Shown here in pieces: positions 13,497 through 24,519 of a stretch of 64,000 nt of DNA (the first letter of the stretch is position 1; each line of letters opens with the position of its first letter). The position numbers and the translations under genes are program-made. This DNA comes from Stylophora pistillata (lineage: Eukaryota), in assembly GCF_002571385.2 (NCBI RefSeq), contig NW_019217873.1, positions 700,745-764,744 on the forward strand, written 5' to 3'. The notes below the pieces were generated by a model that was not told where the DNA came from, made no database searches, and saw only the letters and a list, made by a program, of their open reading frames with translations.

Positions 13497-14131
13497 AAAT
13501 TTGTTGTTCATTTGAATTTCTTGTTGTGGATGATTGGGGCTACAATCCTAAAGATAGAAAAGGGGATAGGCGAAGAGCACCCTTTCTGTCGTGTGACAAG
13601 GAAACAGCTGGGCATTTGGCTCATTTTTCATTCACTAGTGTGTTCACCCAATACGACTTGACATTGAGTACAGCAGCTGTTTTCGAACGACCCAACAATG
13701 TTGATATTTGGAAAATATGCCCACTTCATCGCTCAAGACTCGGTCTTGGCTGGACTCGAGGGAAAAATACTAAATGCAGAGTGCCAGTAAATATTTCCAG
13801 GCGTACCATGGAGTAGTCTGTGATGTCGAGCGATGTTAAATCTGTAGCGTGTCAGGTCTGGTATCCATTTTTCAGATCCGGCATTGAAACTTTTTTTATC
13901 TACCATAAGGGACAGCACTTGTCGCATTTTAGACCAGTGATTTGCATCCTAGTTAGAACACTCACAAAGAGCTTCAAGCAAAGTGTACTCAGCAAAGTGT
14001 AGTCAGCCAAATGCTCTGCTGTTTCCTTGTCACACGACAGCAAAGGTACCGTATTCGCCTTTCCCCTTTTCTGTCTTTTGGATTGTAGCCCCAATCATCC
14101 ACAACAAGAGATTCAAATGAACAACAAATTT
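13497..14131. mobile_element. Non-autonomous DNA transposon with ~125-bp terminal inverted repeats
   Basis: AAATTTGTTGTTCATTTGAAT..GGGGCTACAATCC..CTGTCGTGTGACAAGGAAACAGC at the left end; its reverse complement at ~14005-14131. Confidence 0.85.
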
Positions 14132-14959
14132 TCTCGAAAGTAAAAGAATTTTTCAACAAACTATATGTCTTGGCTTGTTTTACCTATAGGCCTACCTAAT
14201 AGTAGAATAAGAGCCAATTCGATTTTTTTTGATTGTTGCCGGTGAATGTTTGATTTTTCGTGACAACCTCTCTCAACTCTTCAAGTGATGAACTCCCACA
14301 AGTCATGCACTTGTCACAATTTTGATGCATTACTGAGCAATCGGGTCATTATTCAGAATATATAAACTGGTCAGTAAGAGGATGTTCTCTCAAGTGAAAT
14401 TAACAACACCAGATCCTTTCGACTCGTGTCAACCCTTTCTTACAATTAAAACCAAAATGTGGAATCCGCACAAAGAATATACCCCTTATGAACTTGTATT
14501 GTACAATATATTAACTGAGTCGCCAGGAATAATTATTTTGTGGTATTCATGTATGCAGATTAAGATGCATTCATTTGAAGTTTAGTGTAGCTCGGAGTAA
14601 GTTTTAGTTTTGTTTAATAAAGTGTGTATTATAAAAAACTGTATTGCAGAGTACCATGAGGAAACACCCTTTACCCCCAAACATCATTATGCATATTCTC
14701 CATACTGTTCTCTATACTTTTCCTAAGGTGCTGACAAGAAGAATTTAGCAAACGATCAAGAGCTTCTTTAGTTGTTGATCATTTCGGGTACACTCTTGAC
14801 CTTAATGTGTGATTCACGGGTGATATTATGTTAGGAGAAATTAGATTTTGGTCACTCTTAAGTGGTCAAAGGGCTAGAGGAAATGCATTTAAAGGGGATC
14901 GTTAAAAATAAGAAATCAGGAGTTAGAGAAGAGTTTTTTGGTGTAAGAGAACACTTTTA

Positions 14960-15237
14960 AGTGGTCAAAATGTTGTGGACTCAGGAGGAGCTGCCAAGTG
15001 AGATCTCAACAAATTTTGACCACTGTGATGACAATTATCGCTGTTCATAAGAATACAGACCCTGCAAAACCACCGTTGATTTGTTTTTTACAAAAATATC
15101 AATGTCAAATAAAATGATTATTTCAGTGTGTGACATGTTGCGAGACACATTAACGCAAGCAGCTTTCTTTGTCTGTACTCTTACTGACAATGTCAAATTG
15201 GCCAATCAGATTGCAACATCACTGACAATTGTGGTAA
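14960..15237 (+). repeat. Dispersed repeat, copy 2
   Basis: Similar to 6520-6735. Confidence 0.6.
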
Positions 15238-15540
15238 GAATTTGATTTTTCTTTTTTTGTTTGCTAACTACTCTTGGATGCTGATAAATCTGAGGATAGA
15301 GCTTTCATAAATTTACCAGTTAATTAGATGATAAGACCTGGAACAGTTCTATGGATAAATAAATTTCATTAGCACAAATTAAACTATTGCCAACTAAATC
15401 CAGAGGTATCTTCTCAAGAAAGATACACCAGTCCTAAACCAATAATTTACTGGTTATGTGAGCTAAACAAATACAATAATGTGAGCAGTAATACTAATGA
15501 TGGTAAAAGTAATAACTATACAGTAATAATAATATTAATA

Positions 15541-15841
15541 GTGGAGGCGTGGTGGCCTCATGGTTGGTGCGCTTGACTCCGGATCAAGTGGTCCGGGTTC
15601 GAGCCCCGGCCGGGACATTGTGTTGTGTTCTTAGGCAAGACACTTTACTCTCACAGTGCCTCTCTTCACCCAGGTGTATAAATGGGTATTGGCAATTTAA
15701 TGCTGGGGGTAACCCTGCGATGGACTGGCATCCCATCCAGGGGGGAGTAGAAATACTCCTAGTCACTTCATGCTACAGAAACCGGAGTTAAGCACCGCCC
15801 TAATGGGCCACTGGGCTCATAAACAGACTTTACCTTTTACC
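15541..15841 (+). mobile_element. tRNA-derived SINE, full length
   Basis: A box (TGGCCTCATGG) and B box (GGTTCGAGCC), CORE-like centre (TTAGGCAAGACACTTTACTCTC..TAAATGGG), TTTACC tail, 14-bp TSD TAATAATATTAATA (15527-15540 and 15842-15855). Confidence 0.9.
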
Positions 15842-16429
15842 TAATAATATTAATAATACTCTTACTGATCATAATGCTTATAAATGCATGAATACTTTAA
15901 AATTCTCTCCCATGTGATCTTTTCTACACATTTGATCTCTGCAGACTCATTTAAAAATAGTTGGGTCCTTTTTTCTTGGGGTTACTAATGTTAAAATTGT
16001 TTTTGGTCATGTGGCAAGAAATTGATATTGGGCTGTGGGTATGATTGAGGTTTTCTGAACATAAACAGTCTGGTAAAGTAAAACCAATGCAAGGTCATAT
16101 TATTTTTAAAGCTCAATTAAAAACTGCTCTTACTATCAGGTCTCATTGTAAACTTCAGACTCACTTATTCTGCCTAATTGAAAACTCAATCAGAAAAAGC
16201 TTTTGTGGATCATGATAAGAATAAGAAAAAACATTGCAGCAAGACAAGTTTTAAGCTGGACGTAGATGGTCTCTAAAGAAATTCATCAATTGAGAACAAC
16301 AATAAAATTTCAATGATCATAGCAACTTTCAGTGGAAGTTTTACAACTGCATTAAGGGAGCCCTACTCTCCAAAATGTTAAAAGTATCTTGAGACCTCAG
16401 TTTTTTTTTTTAAATCAATCCTTGTCAGC

Positions 16430-18166
16430 TCAATCGGTAACCATCTGCAAATCTTGCAAAAAGTCCCTTTTAACACAAAAGGAGCAGCATCGCAAATATT
16501 TTGCTTCCCATGGAATAGTGATGTCTGTATTCCACACATCCTGTTCAATATCATACCTGTCAATCATTTTTCTTTTTTCTAAATCTACATTGGATCCACC
16601 CACACCTCCAAAGACATAAATTTTCTTTCCTACAATGGCAGCTCCTGCAAAATACCTTGGGACATGCATTGGAGCAATAGATTGCCATTGGTCAGATGTT
16701 GTGGAGTAAACTTCACAAGTTGAAAGAGCAACACGCACAGTACATTCCCCACCCATCACAAAAATTGATGATTTGTATGACACAGCACATGTTCCACCCC
16801 TCGGGTGGGTCATAGGGGAAATATCTGTCCAGATGTCCAGTTCTGGGTCATACTTCTCTGCAGAGTTCAGATATTCACCATTCCCAGCTCTCATCCCACC
16901 AATAGCATACAGGAACTGCCCATCACCTATGGCACAAGTGACTTCACGTGGAACATTTAAGTCTGTTCCCAGAGTCCAGATGTTCATGGAAGGGATGTAA
17001 ATTTGCAGTGTTCCTCTGTGGCCCCTGGAAGCACCAATAACATAGAGACAGTTTCCTAAGAATGCAACTGCTGGAAATAAAACTTCTTTTAACATTGAGG
17101 ACATAGTTTCCCATCTGTTTGTCTTTAAATCAAACTTTTCTAGAGCTTTTGACACTATGCCATTTCTTTCTCCTCCAACTGTATACAGCTCTGATTTATA
17201 TTCAGCAAATCCATGCCAGTTAATCTGGTTTGGAAAATGTTTCATTTCAAACCAGTTGTCTTCTTCTGGTACATAACAGCGGACTGAAGTTGATTGAGTG
17301 TCGCTGCTTCTTATTAAACCACTAATGGCAACAACAACATCAATTTCTGGCTGAAGACATTTTCTTGGATTTTGAAGTGACACACAACCAGATGAATGAT
17401 TTCTCTTCATGGCATTCTCAACTAGTTTTACACAAGAAGAGTCACCTTGAACAAGTGAATTTGTGACTACTTGCGACTGAAGGTACTCATGTGACATTGA
17501 GCCAAATCGAATGCATGTCAGTAATTTAGGAAAATAAACTTCTCGTTCACTTTGATGGTAACTAATCCAAGTTATGAGGCTCTCGTACACTGCTTCTTCG
17601 TTTTCAACACAAATATCATCACTAGAAATCATATGTGTGATCTGTTCGATATCAAGTTTAAGGAAATCCTGAGATTGCGTGACTTCTTGAAAATGTTTGT
17701 CAATAAACACACGGCACGCTTGAGAGAGTTTTGTGCAGTTATAACGTTCAGCTAAGTCAAAGTAATATAAACAATTGGACACATTGACGTTAGCAACTAA
17801 CCTTGCAGATGCTCCCAACTTCACCTCTGGGATAAGTAAGTAATCAGCTGTAATGAAAAGTTCCTCAGCATTGGATTGCGTGACTTCAATGGTGCCAGCA
17901 TAGAAGTAAGTTAGCAACGGTTCTAGTGCGTTTGCTGTGACTTTCATCTGCGATAAATCTACATAATCAGTTCCTTTTTCCTTCATATCACTTGTGAAAA
18001 GTTTATAAAAGTAAGGACAGCCAGCAGCAAGGACGTTTCGGTGAGCAAGAAAGGTTCTCTCAGCTGTGACGAGAGTGATATCGCACAGCACTTTCTGTTG
18101 TCTAAAATCGTCCAGTTTCGCCACCAAATCCACACAGTACTGCAATTTATCCGTTGCTTTAGTCAT
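16430..18166 (-). CDS. Kelch-like protein (BTB-BACK-Kelch), intronless CDS, 578 aa
   Basis: BTB (LCDITLV..AHRNVLAAGCPYFYKLFTSDMKE), BACK (VENEEAVYESLITWI), Kelch repeats (LYAIGG, IFVMGG, IYVFGG). First ATG is at 18166; the ORF-track start at 18214 is a GTG. Confidence 0.93.
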   Translation of the reverse strand: MTKATDKLQYCVDLVAKLDDFRQQKVLCDITLVTAERTFLAHRNVLAAGCPYFYKLFTSDMKEKGTDYVDLSQMKVTANALEPLLTYFYAGTIEVTQSNAEELFITADYLLIPEVKLGASARLVANVNVSNCLYYFDLAERYNCTKLSQACRVFIDKHFQEVTQSQDFLKLDIEQITHMISSDDICVENEEAVYESLITWISYHQSEREVYFPKLLTCIRFGSMSHEYLQSQVVTNSLVQGDSSCVKLVENAMKRNHSSGCVSLQNPRKCLQPEIDVVVAISGLIRSSDTQSTSVRCYVPEEDNWFEMKHFPNQINWHGFAEYKSELYTVGGERNGIVSKALEKFDLKTNRWETMSSMLKEVLFPAVAFLGNCLYVIGASRGHRGTLQIYIPSMNIWTLGTDLNVPREVTCAIGDGQFLYAIGGMRAGNGEYLNSAEKYDPELDIWTDISPMTHPRGGTCAVSYKSSIFVMGGECTVRVALSTCEVYSTTSDQWQSIAPMHVPRYFAGAAIVGKKIYVFGGVGGSNVDLEKRKMIDRYDIEQDVWNTDITIPWEAKYLRCCSFCVKRDFLQDLQMVTD

Positions 18167-18411
18167 TCTCAGTTCATTAGAAGAGAAGACCACTCTTCGA
18201 CGAATTTCAAACACATGGAAAAATCATAGAAAAATATAGACAGGTTGCTCAGCGCCGGTCGCCATCTTGAAAGAAAAAGACCGAGATGCCTGGTGACGAG
18301 GAGAGACGTTTCTCAACGTTCTCCCAGAGCTCTTTGCAGTCACGTTTTCCGCCATCTTAAGTTACTTTGCGGCAATCTGTTTGAGTATTTTCCCCACCGA
18401 AACGATCCAAA
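18167..18411. promoter_or_regulatory. Bidirectional promoter region shared by the Kelch gene and SNRPE
   Basis: Divergent ATGs 245 bp apart; two YY1-like CGCCATCTT motifs (~18260, ~18350). Confidence 0.65.
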
Positions 18412-21400
18412 ATGGCGTATAAAGGACAGAAAGTGCAAAAAGTCATGGTACAACCTATTGTATCCTTTATATATTTAAGCAAAATCTTTCAGTATTGATT
18501 ATGTGAAGTGTTGAACTGGCGAAAGATCGGAACACGTGCTCCCATTTGACATAAAGAAGCTTTATGTCTGTCTCGAGCAGTATTGCCAAGATCTATGGAC
18601 TATTTAATCCTTAGCGCCTTATAATTACATGAATGAAACAGGACGTATATTATATGATCTGCTTTCACTGTTTAAGCAACGAAGGCACGTAGTACACTGT
18701 GAGGTGTCGTCGGTTGAGGCTGATTCAGTATTGTCGTTGATGTGGGATAACACAGGTTTACTGGCTTTTGACGACTTGCCATTGTTGGTTGATTATCCAT
18801 TATTTCTATATCGCTGCAAAGGCTGTAGAATTTAACGTGTTTGTTTGGTTGATATCGATACCCATGTCCATGTCAACTATGCTATGAGTTCATCAGTACA
18901 ACAGTTGTGATCAGAACGTAAGCACCTACTAGTGATTGAATAATTACTCACTCGGAGCATGATTGGGTCGGTATAAACTTGTGGTGGGAAATCCTATGAA
19001 CCAACGTTAAGTATACTGAACCTCCAATTGAGATGTCTGGGCTAGTTGCTCTGGGTCATTGAGGGTAAAACTACAGAATGCAGGGCCACTTATTTCAATT
19101 TTATTTAATAACTATACATCCTTTTGTGTTCTGCCTTGTCCTTTGAAGCATACAGACAAGGTGGACCGCAGTGGCCCTGTAGTGTGCAGTTGCTCTGCAG
19201 TGAGCCCTGTTCGTGGGCAAGAGAGGTGACTCTTGCAATGCCTATCTTTGCTCAGTATCTCTAACATGTAATAGAGTATCTACATGTAGTTCACATACGA
19301 TTTTCATATTTGGTCAAAGAACTTGTCCTCCATGTGATAAATTGTATTAGTAGGCTACCAGTAAATATGGTAAGTTTGGTTTTATAAACTGAGTTGATAA
19401 CGTAAATGTGGCCACTGTAAAGAGTTTCAAAGCTGACATTCAAATGTAGCCCTTCATCAGAGCAGTGACATAATGAAACTCGAAAAACGATGCCAGAAAG
19501 TCAGCTTTGAAACTCTTAACGATGGCCAATTTACATGATCAACTCCATTGATAAAACCAAAATTACATAAAAAGATGTTTTTCATCTAGTCATGAGTGTG
19601 GGACAATGAAAAATGCTGATTCCCCACGAGGAATCAAACCTCAGACCTTTGGACTCTGTGCTGTAATGCTCTACCACAGATCCACAGAGACTCTATAGTG
19701 AGCAAGGCCCATTTCCAAGTTCATATTTGACATGCATCGCATCTTTCTATATTTCTTTTCCAAGCTCAAAAACTTACCATTTTTCTTATAATTTCTTTAC
19801 AAAACCAAAATGACCTTGTTAGTCCCACTGATGCAACAGCACAATCTCTTTAGAAACTTTCACACTTTACCAGTATATTTTCAAAGAACCTGGGTGAATT
19901 GTTGGGGGTTAACTGGTAATGGGTTAGAATCCCATGCAGGGAAGAATCTTAATCCCGGATAGATATGCACTGGAAACAGAGATAAGCTGAGGGTCTTGTG
20001 GGTCCTTGGCTTATTGTACATTTTCTTGACCTTACCTTTTGAAATTAGTGAGGGAACAGAATGAAATGCATTTAGTTTTTACCATGATTTATTCTGCAGT
20101 CTATTGTACACATTCTCTAAACTGTGATTAATGTAAGTTACCAGTATTGTCTGGATATTTTACTAGTTTATGGTAAGAGGAAATAAAGTTGTTACCTTTG
20201 TCCTTTGTTTTCCCTGTACACTCTGTAAGAATATCAATTAACATGTGCAAGACCTTTATTCTGGCAAAATACATGTAATTAGCTTTCTCAAATTTCAAGT
20301 ATGAATTTCTTGGTATTTTTCTTAACTTTCTACCTATCAGAACTTGATATTTAGGTATTTGCAAAATGTAAGTATCATTTGTTTGTGTTTTGTATTTGTA
20401 TGTACTCATGACGTGGTTGTACTTAAAAAAAAGATTTTTGCATAGTGCCTTTTAAAACGCTAAAATCCTTTCTACGTTTAGAGTATTGATGGTCATTTGA
20501 ACCGTAATCTTTTTTTATTTATTGAATTGTATTTGATGTTTATTACATGTTTCCTGTTATTTATCAGAGATCACGAATTCAGATTTGGCTGTATGAGCAA
20601 GTGAACATGAGGATTGAGGGCCATATCATTGTACGTATCCAATTAACACATTTCCGTACTTGATTCTACACAAAATATATAATTTTTGCATGATGCTTGT
20701 ATTATATTAAAAAAAAAAAGGTATAAAAACAATCTTAATTATACCTAGTTGCTGTTTAAAAGATCTTCTGTTTTGTAATGAACCAAACTAATTTTTTGAG
20801 TGTTTTATCTGCAACATTGTAGAAGCAAGGCTCTCTTTGGAAATCTAATGGTTTCTTTTTTTTTTTCAATTTCTTTGTTTGACTACTTCTAATCAATATA
20901 CTGTGAATGTTTTTCTTTTTTGTGTAAGAAACTTGTAACCATTTTAGTGAACTGAAATTAAAAGAAACTGATTGGTATTTTGTCATTGTGAATGCAGAGG
21001 AGTTCTTAAAAGAAAAGGAATTGGTTATACTTTGAAATCTTTTTACAGGGTTTTGATGAGTACATGAATCTTGTTTTGGATGATGCAGAAGAAGTACATC
21101 TCAAGACCAAGAAAAGGAGACCACTTGGTAATAACTTTGTTTCTTGAAATGCTTTTAAAATTGAGTTACCATAAAATGCCACAAATGTTGTGTTTCAAAG
21201 AAAAATTTCAACCTCAAATAGTATACAATAGGTTTTAAGGTTAGGGCTTTCTATGTTGGCTCATGTATCCTTAACTTTTTTGGGATTGGTCAGTGAACAA
21301 TTTACCTTTTAAAGTTAAATCAAAGTGGTTTTGGTTTTCCTGGTTTTATTCCTTCCATTGCTTGAAAGTGAACTGTTTCTTAATTGTGCACTAGCTCACT

Positions 21401-21770
21401 GACCCCTTTCCCCTTTGAATTCCACCACCCCCCCCCCTCCCCTTATAAATTTTGATGGCCCTCCAAAGAATCTGACTAATTCCCTTCTGGTGAACAAGGC
21501 TGTGGTCTAGCAGTGCCCGGTGGCCCCTGGCGCCTTATTTTTGCTCTTGCGCGACTCAGGAATTTTAGTTTTTTCATACAAAGCATATGCTGGGCACCCA
21601 GGATTTCACAGTTTCAGAGCACTGGGCTCCATTCAATTTTCCTTAGAGCACAACCTTGAAATAGGGAAATCTGTTTTAATTCGCTTTTTTCGGTCTTGCC
21701 TCCATTTTAAGGAAGGATATTGTTGAAGGGAGACAATATTACCCTTCTCATGAATACAGAAGCCAGCTGA
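18412..21770 (+). CDS. SNRPE: Small nuclear ribonucleoprotein E (SmE), 91 aa, 5 exons
   Basis: Exons 18412-18459 ([16 protein letters not shown]), 20341-20367 (NLIFRYLQN), 20568-20630 ([21 protein letters not shown]), 21049-21127 ([26 protein letters not shown]), 21712-21770 ([19 protein letters not shown]). Absent from the ORF track because the exons are tiny. Confidence 0.97.
18460..20340 (+). other. U12-type (minor spliceosome) GT-AG intron, SNRPE intron 1
   Basis: 5' splice site GTATCCTTT; branch site TTTCTTAAC (~20318-20326), about 15 nt upstream of the CAG. Confidence 0.9.
19160..20040. mobile_element. Nested cluster: old SINE > Penelope-type element (~19369-19867) > tRNA-derived element (~19567-19800)
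   Basis: SINE head ~19160-19260 and tail ~19880-20040 resemble 15541-15841; imperfect TSDs TACCAGTA (19356/19868) and AAAACCAAAAT (19553/19801). Confidence 0.6.
21496..21658. mobile_element. Short MITE
   Basis: Imperfect TIRs CAAGGCTGTGGTCT / AGAGCACAACCTTG. Confidence 0.5.
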
Positions 21771-23001
21771 TGAGTGCCTTGGCTATGCATCACTGAGCTC
21801 TGTGATCAAGAACGTTTTTGTAGTAGTAGTAACTCCATGTGGAATGTGCCTCTTTGATATCCACATGGTTTAATATTTCTTGTAGTCTTGAAACTAGTAA
21901 CACTATTGAAAGAGCGTGTAACTTTTGTTAAGAACTTTGAATGGAACTGTTGTACATAGGAGTGACGACTGATTTTTATTTGTTTGAGTATGGATTACTG
22001 TTGCTACGTTGTTCTCTATAATTGACCAATCACACCCAAAATGCAGTTGCCTTTCTATATTTGTTTTAAAATTAATTCCAGTATGTTTCCTTTGCCATGT
22101 CTCGACCTGCTTCAATATTACTTGAAAAGTTCATGGTTTTACCTACCCTTAGTGGAAAAAAAAAATGTAATGAGTCGTTTTTTATGCTTAAACCCTCTTG
22201 CCAAACAATTGTTCAAAAGCTGAAAGCTGTTAACTGTGATATCCAATATTGGCTTATAATGGAAAGTGAGATATTTGTTGCTTGTCAATGTTTCTGTCCT
22301 AGCGCATTTGGGCAGTATCTTTATTAGATTAAAAAAAAAAAAAAATGACAAAACGCAAGTTGGGGAAAGTAAACATGTAACAACTAGCCTGGTTGCATAA
22401 TTAACCATAACCTTTTCCTTTAATATTGAAATAAAATGATGACTAACTCTTTTGATATCGGTGTCATAATTTTACTGCGTCGGAACGAACAATAAGAGTG
22501 AAAAACGTGTATCAGGGAAGGTTGCTTTATGATCCTCTCCAAATTGGTAATGGTAGAGATATTTTTCCCGCCTATCTCAACATTTTGACTTTATTTCTGT
22601 CGTTGCTACAGTGCAATACGTACGATGGGTGATGGCATACAGATAGTTGGACTTTTCGCTACCCTTAACACAAGTTAATTCACGCGTAATTAACCGCACT
22701 ACGGTATCAAACCGCGCTTAATTACGTTGAGAAACAACACCAGTTGGTAAGTTACCAACAATCTTATAGTCACTGATGTGCCAATGATTTACGTCATCCG
22801 GCTCCGCAATCAGAAACGTGGCTTTACACCATCCCTCACATTGACAAAGACGACTCACAACGACAGCAACTTAAGATTAATGTAACATTCTTGACTCATG
22901 TTTCGCGCACACATTTACAGCATCTACGTCTCCGTTTTCAGATTAAAACTTCAGTAACGACGTGTGATTAATTAGTCCGCGCTAGCTTCACTTCACTCAC
23001 T

Positions 23002-23439
23002 TCAAGAGTTGTTAGATCGCCATGCCACCAGATCTGATGGAGGAATCCCCGTTTTTCGCTTTTTGTTATCTGTATCTCTTGAAAAGTAATATCCGCATGT
23101 GCTTTTACCACTTGTACTGAAAGGCGCTAACCTGTTTACTTGTTTTGTCCAGAGCTCGGCCAGTTTTTGAACTGGAATACCAGTTTTTTTTTGCGAGTTT
23201 CGTCCGTTGCCTGCCTTTGTCGAGATCTCGGTGATTGAACTGGTGAAATATTTTGAAGCTGCTTCTTTCAGATCGTTAGAAATGTACCGCGAGTGAGGAG
23301 CTTGTGTGAGAATACCGGGCTGTTGATTCCATAAAGCGACCCGACAACAAACTTTGGTTGGCAACCAGACAGCTTTGAAGTCCTTTCGGCATTCTTCGCA
23401 CTTCGAGCTTTGTCCAAATAACTGTCCAGTATTAGGCAT
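23002..23439 (-). CDS. Uncharacterised 145-aa ORF (orphan candidate)
   Basis: ATG-initiated ORF (MPNTGQLFGQ..) with KTGIP twice; upstream TGACGTCA (23609-23616) and CCAAT motifs; downstream AATAAA on the minus strand near 22590. No domain recognised. Confidence 0.5.
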   Translation of the reverse strand: MPNTGQLFGQSSKCEECRKDFKAVWLPTKVCCRVALWNQQPGILTQAPHSRYISNDLKEAASKYFTSSITEISTKAGNGRNSQKKTGIPVQKLAELWTKQVNRLAPFSTSGKSTCGYYFSRDTDNKKRKTGIPPSDLVAWRSNNS

Positions 23440-24519
23440 TATGCCCTGCACCAAAGGGTGTCAATTCAATCAGATCCAAAAAAAAAACGTTACCCGGCAA
23501 ATCCAACCCAACCTTTCTGTCTGTCGCTGTTCAATCGATTCTCACAGTCGCAAACTCCAGTTGGTGCTCGCGATGTCGAACGCAAAACGTAATTAGGAGT
23601 CAATGTACTGACGTCATAATTGTTTTAACTAACCAATCTTTGGATGTGATAGTACTGATTGGAATAATTAGGCGATTGCCGCGTGACAAGATTTGAAAGT
23701 GATCTCAATATAGTTCATTTTCGAGCCAGAAATGTCAACGGCGACTGAGAAACACACCGATAATGCCGGCCTCAGTTAGAGCTTTCCTACTGTTTTTGGT
23801 GTAAATGAAATGGAAAGGTTTGAACAACGCTCTTGATATAATCTTCCCGGTAAAGACTTATTTTCCCTCCAGATTTAAAAAGAACAAAGTGTTGATGGTT
23901 TTTGTTTTGTTTCTTTTGTAAGGGTTAAGGCTCATTAATCCATCCCATGGAAATGCAGTTGAATGTCAGGCGCCATTATTCGCACGAAAACAAACTCTTT
24001 CACATCATGCCAGCTTGACTGAACAAATGAACTATTATAAGCATGCTCAGAAACAACATGATGATCTTCAAGTCACTGAGTTCCTCTTCATTTTCTTTTG
24101 CGTCGTCTAAAACTGTCACACGAATATTTTGAGCGTCGAAGGAAGGGATATGCAGGAATAGGGACCTTAAGCAGTCAGGACGGCAACGCCAAGGAAGACT
24201 TCGATTAAAAAATGAATTTCTACTCTTGGTTAGAATTTCAAAAATGGCTGCAGGAGCTTACTGCCTCATACGGCGCCACAGCTCAAATTCAGCATGACGT
24301 ATAAAAGTAGCGTTGAGTTCCAAATAGAAATTAAAATAATTTGCTGTCGCGGTTTCGGTTCGCAGACGACGCAAATTCTGGCGATTTCATGTTGTTGTTT
24401 TGCATAGGACAGCTAGGAAATGTACAAAGTTTCAAAACGTACGTGCTGAGCTATTGTTCTGCAAATTAGATCTCTTGTTTTTCCACGTCCTCGTTGCCGT
24501 CGTCGTCGTGGTTGCTTAA

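Noticed and set aside
15549-15791. ORFs on both strands
   Set aside because: They lie inside the SINE.
18960-19020. Intronic C/D snoRNA in SNRPE
   Set aside because: No proper RTGATGA C box or terminal stem.
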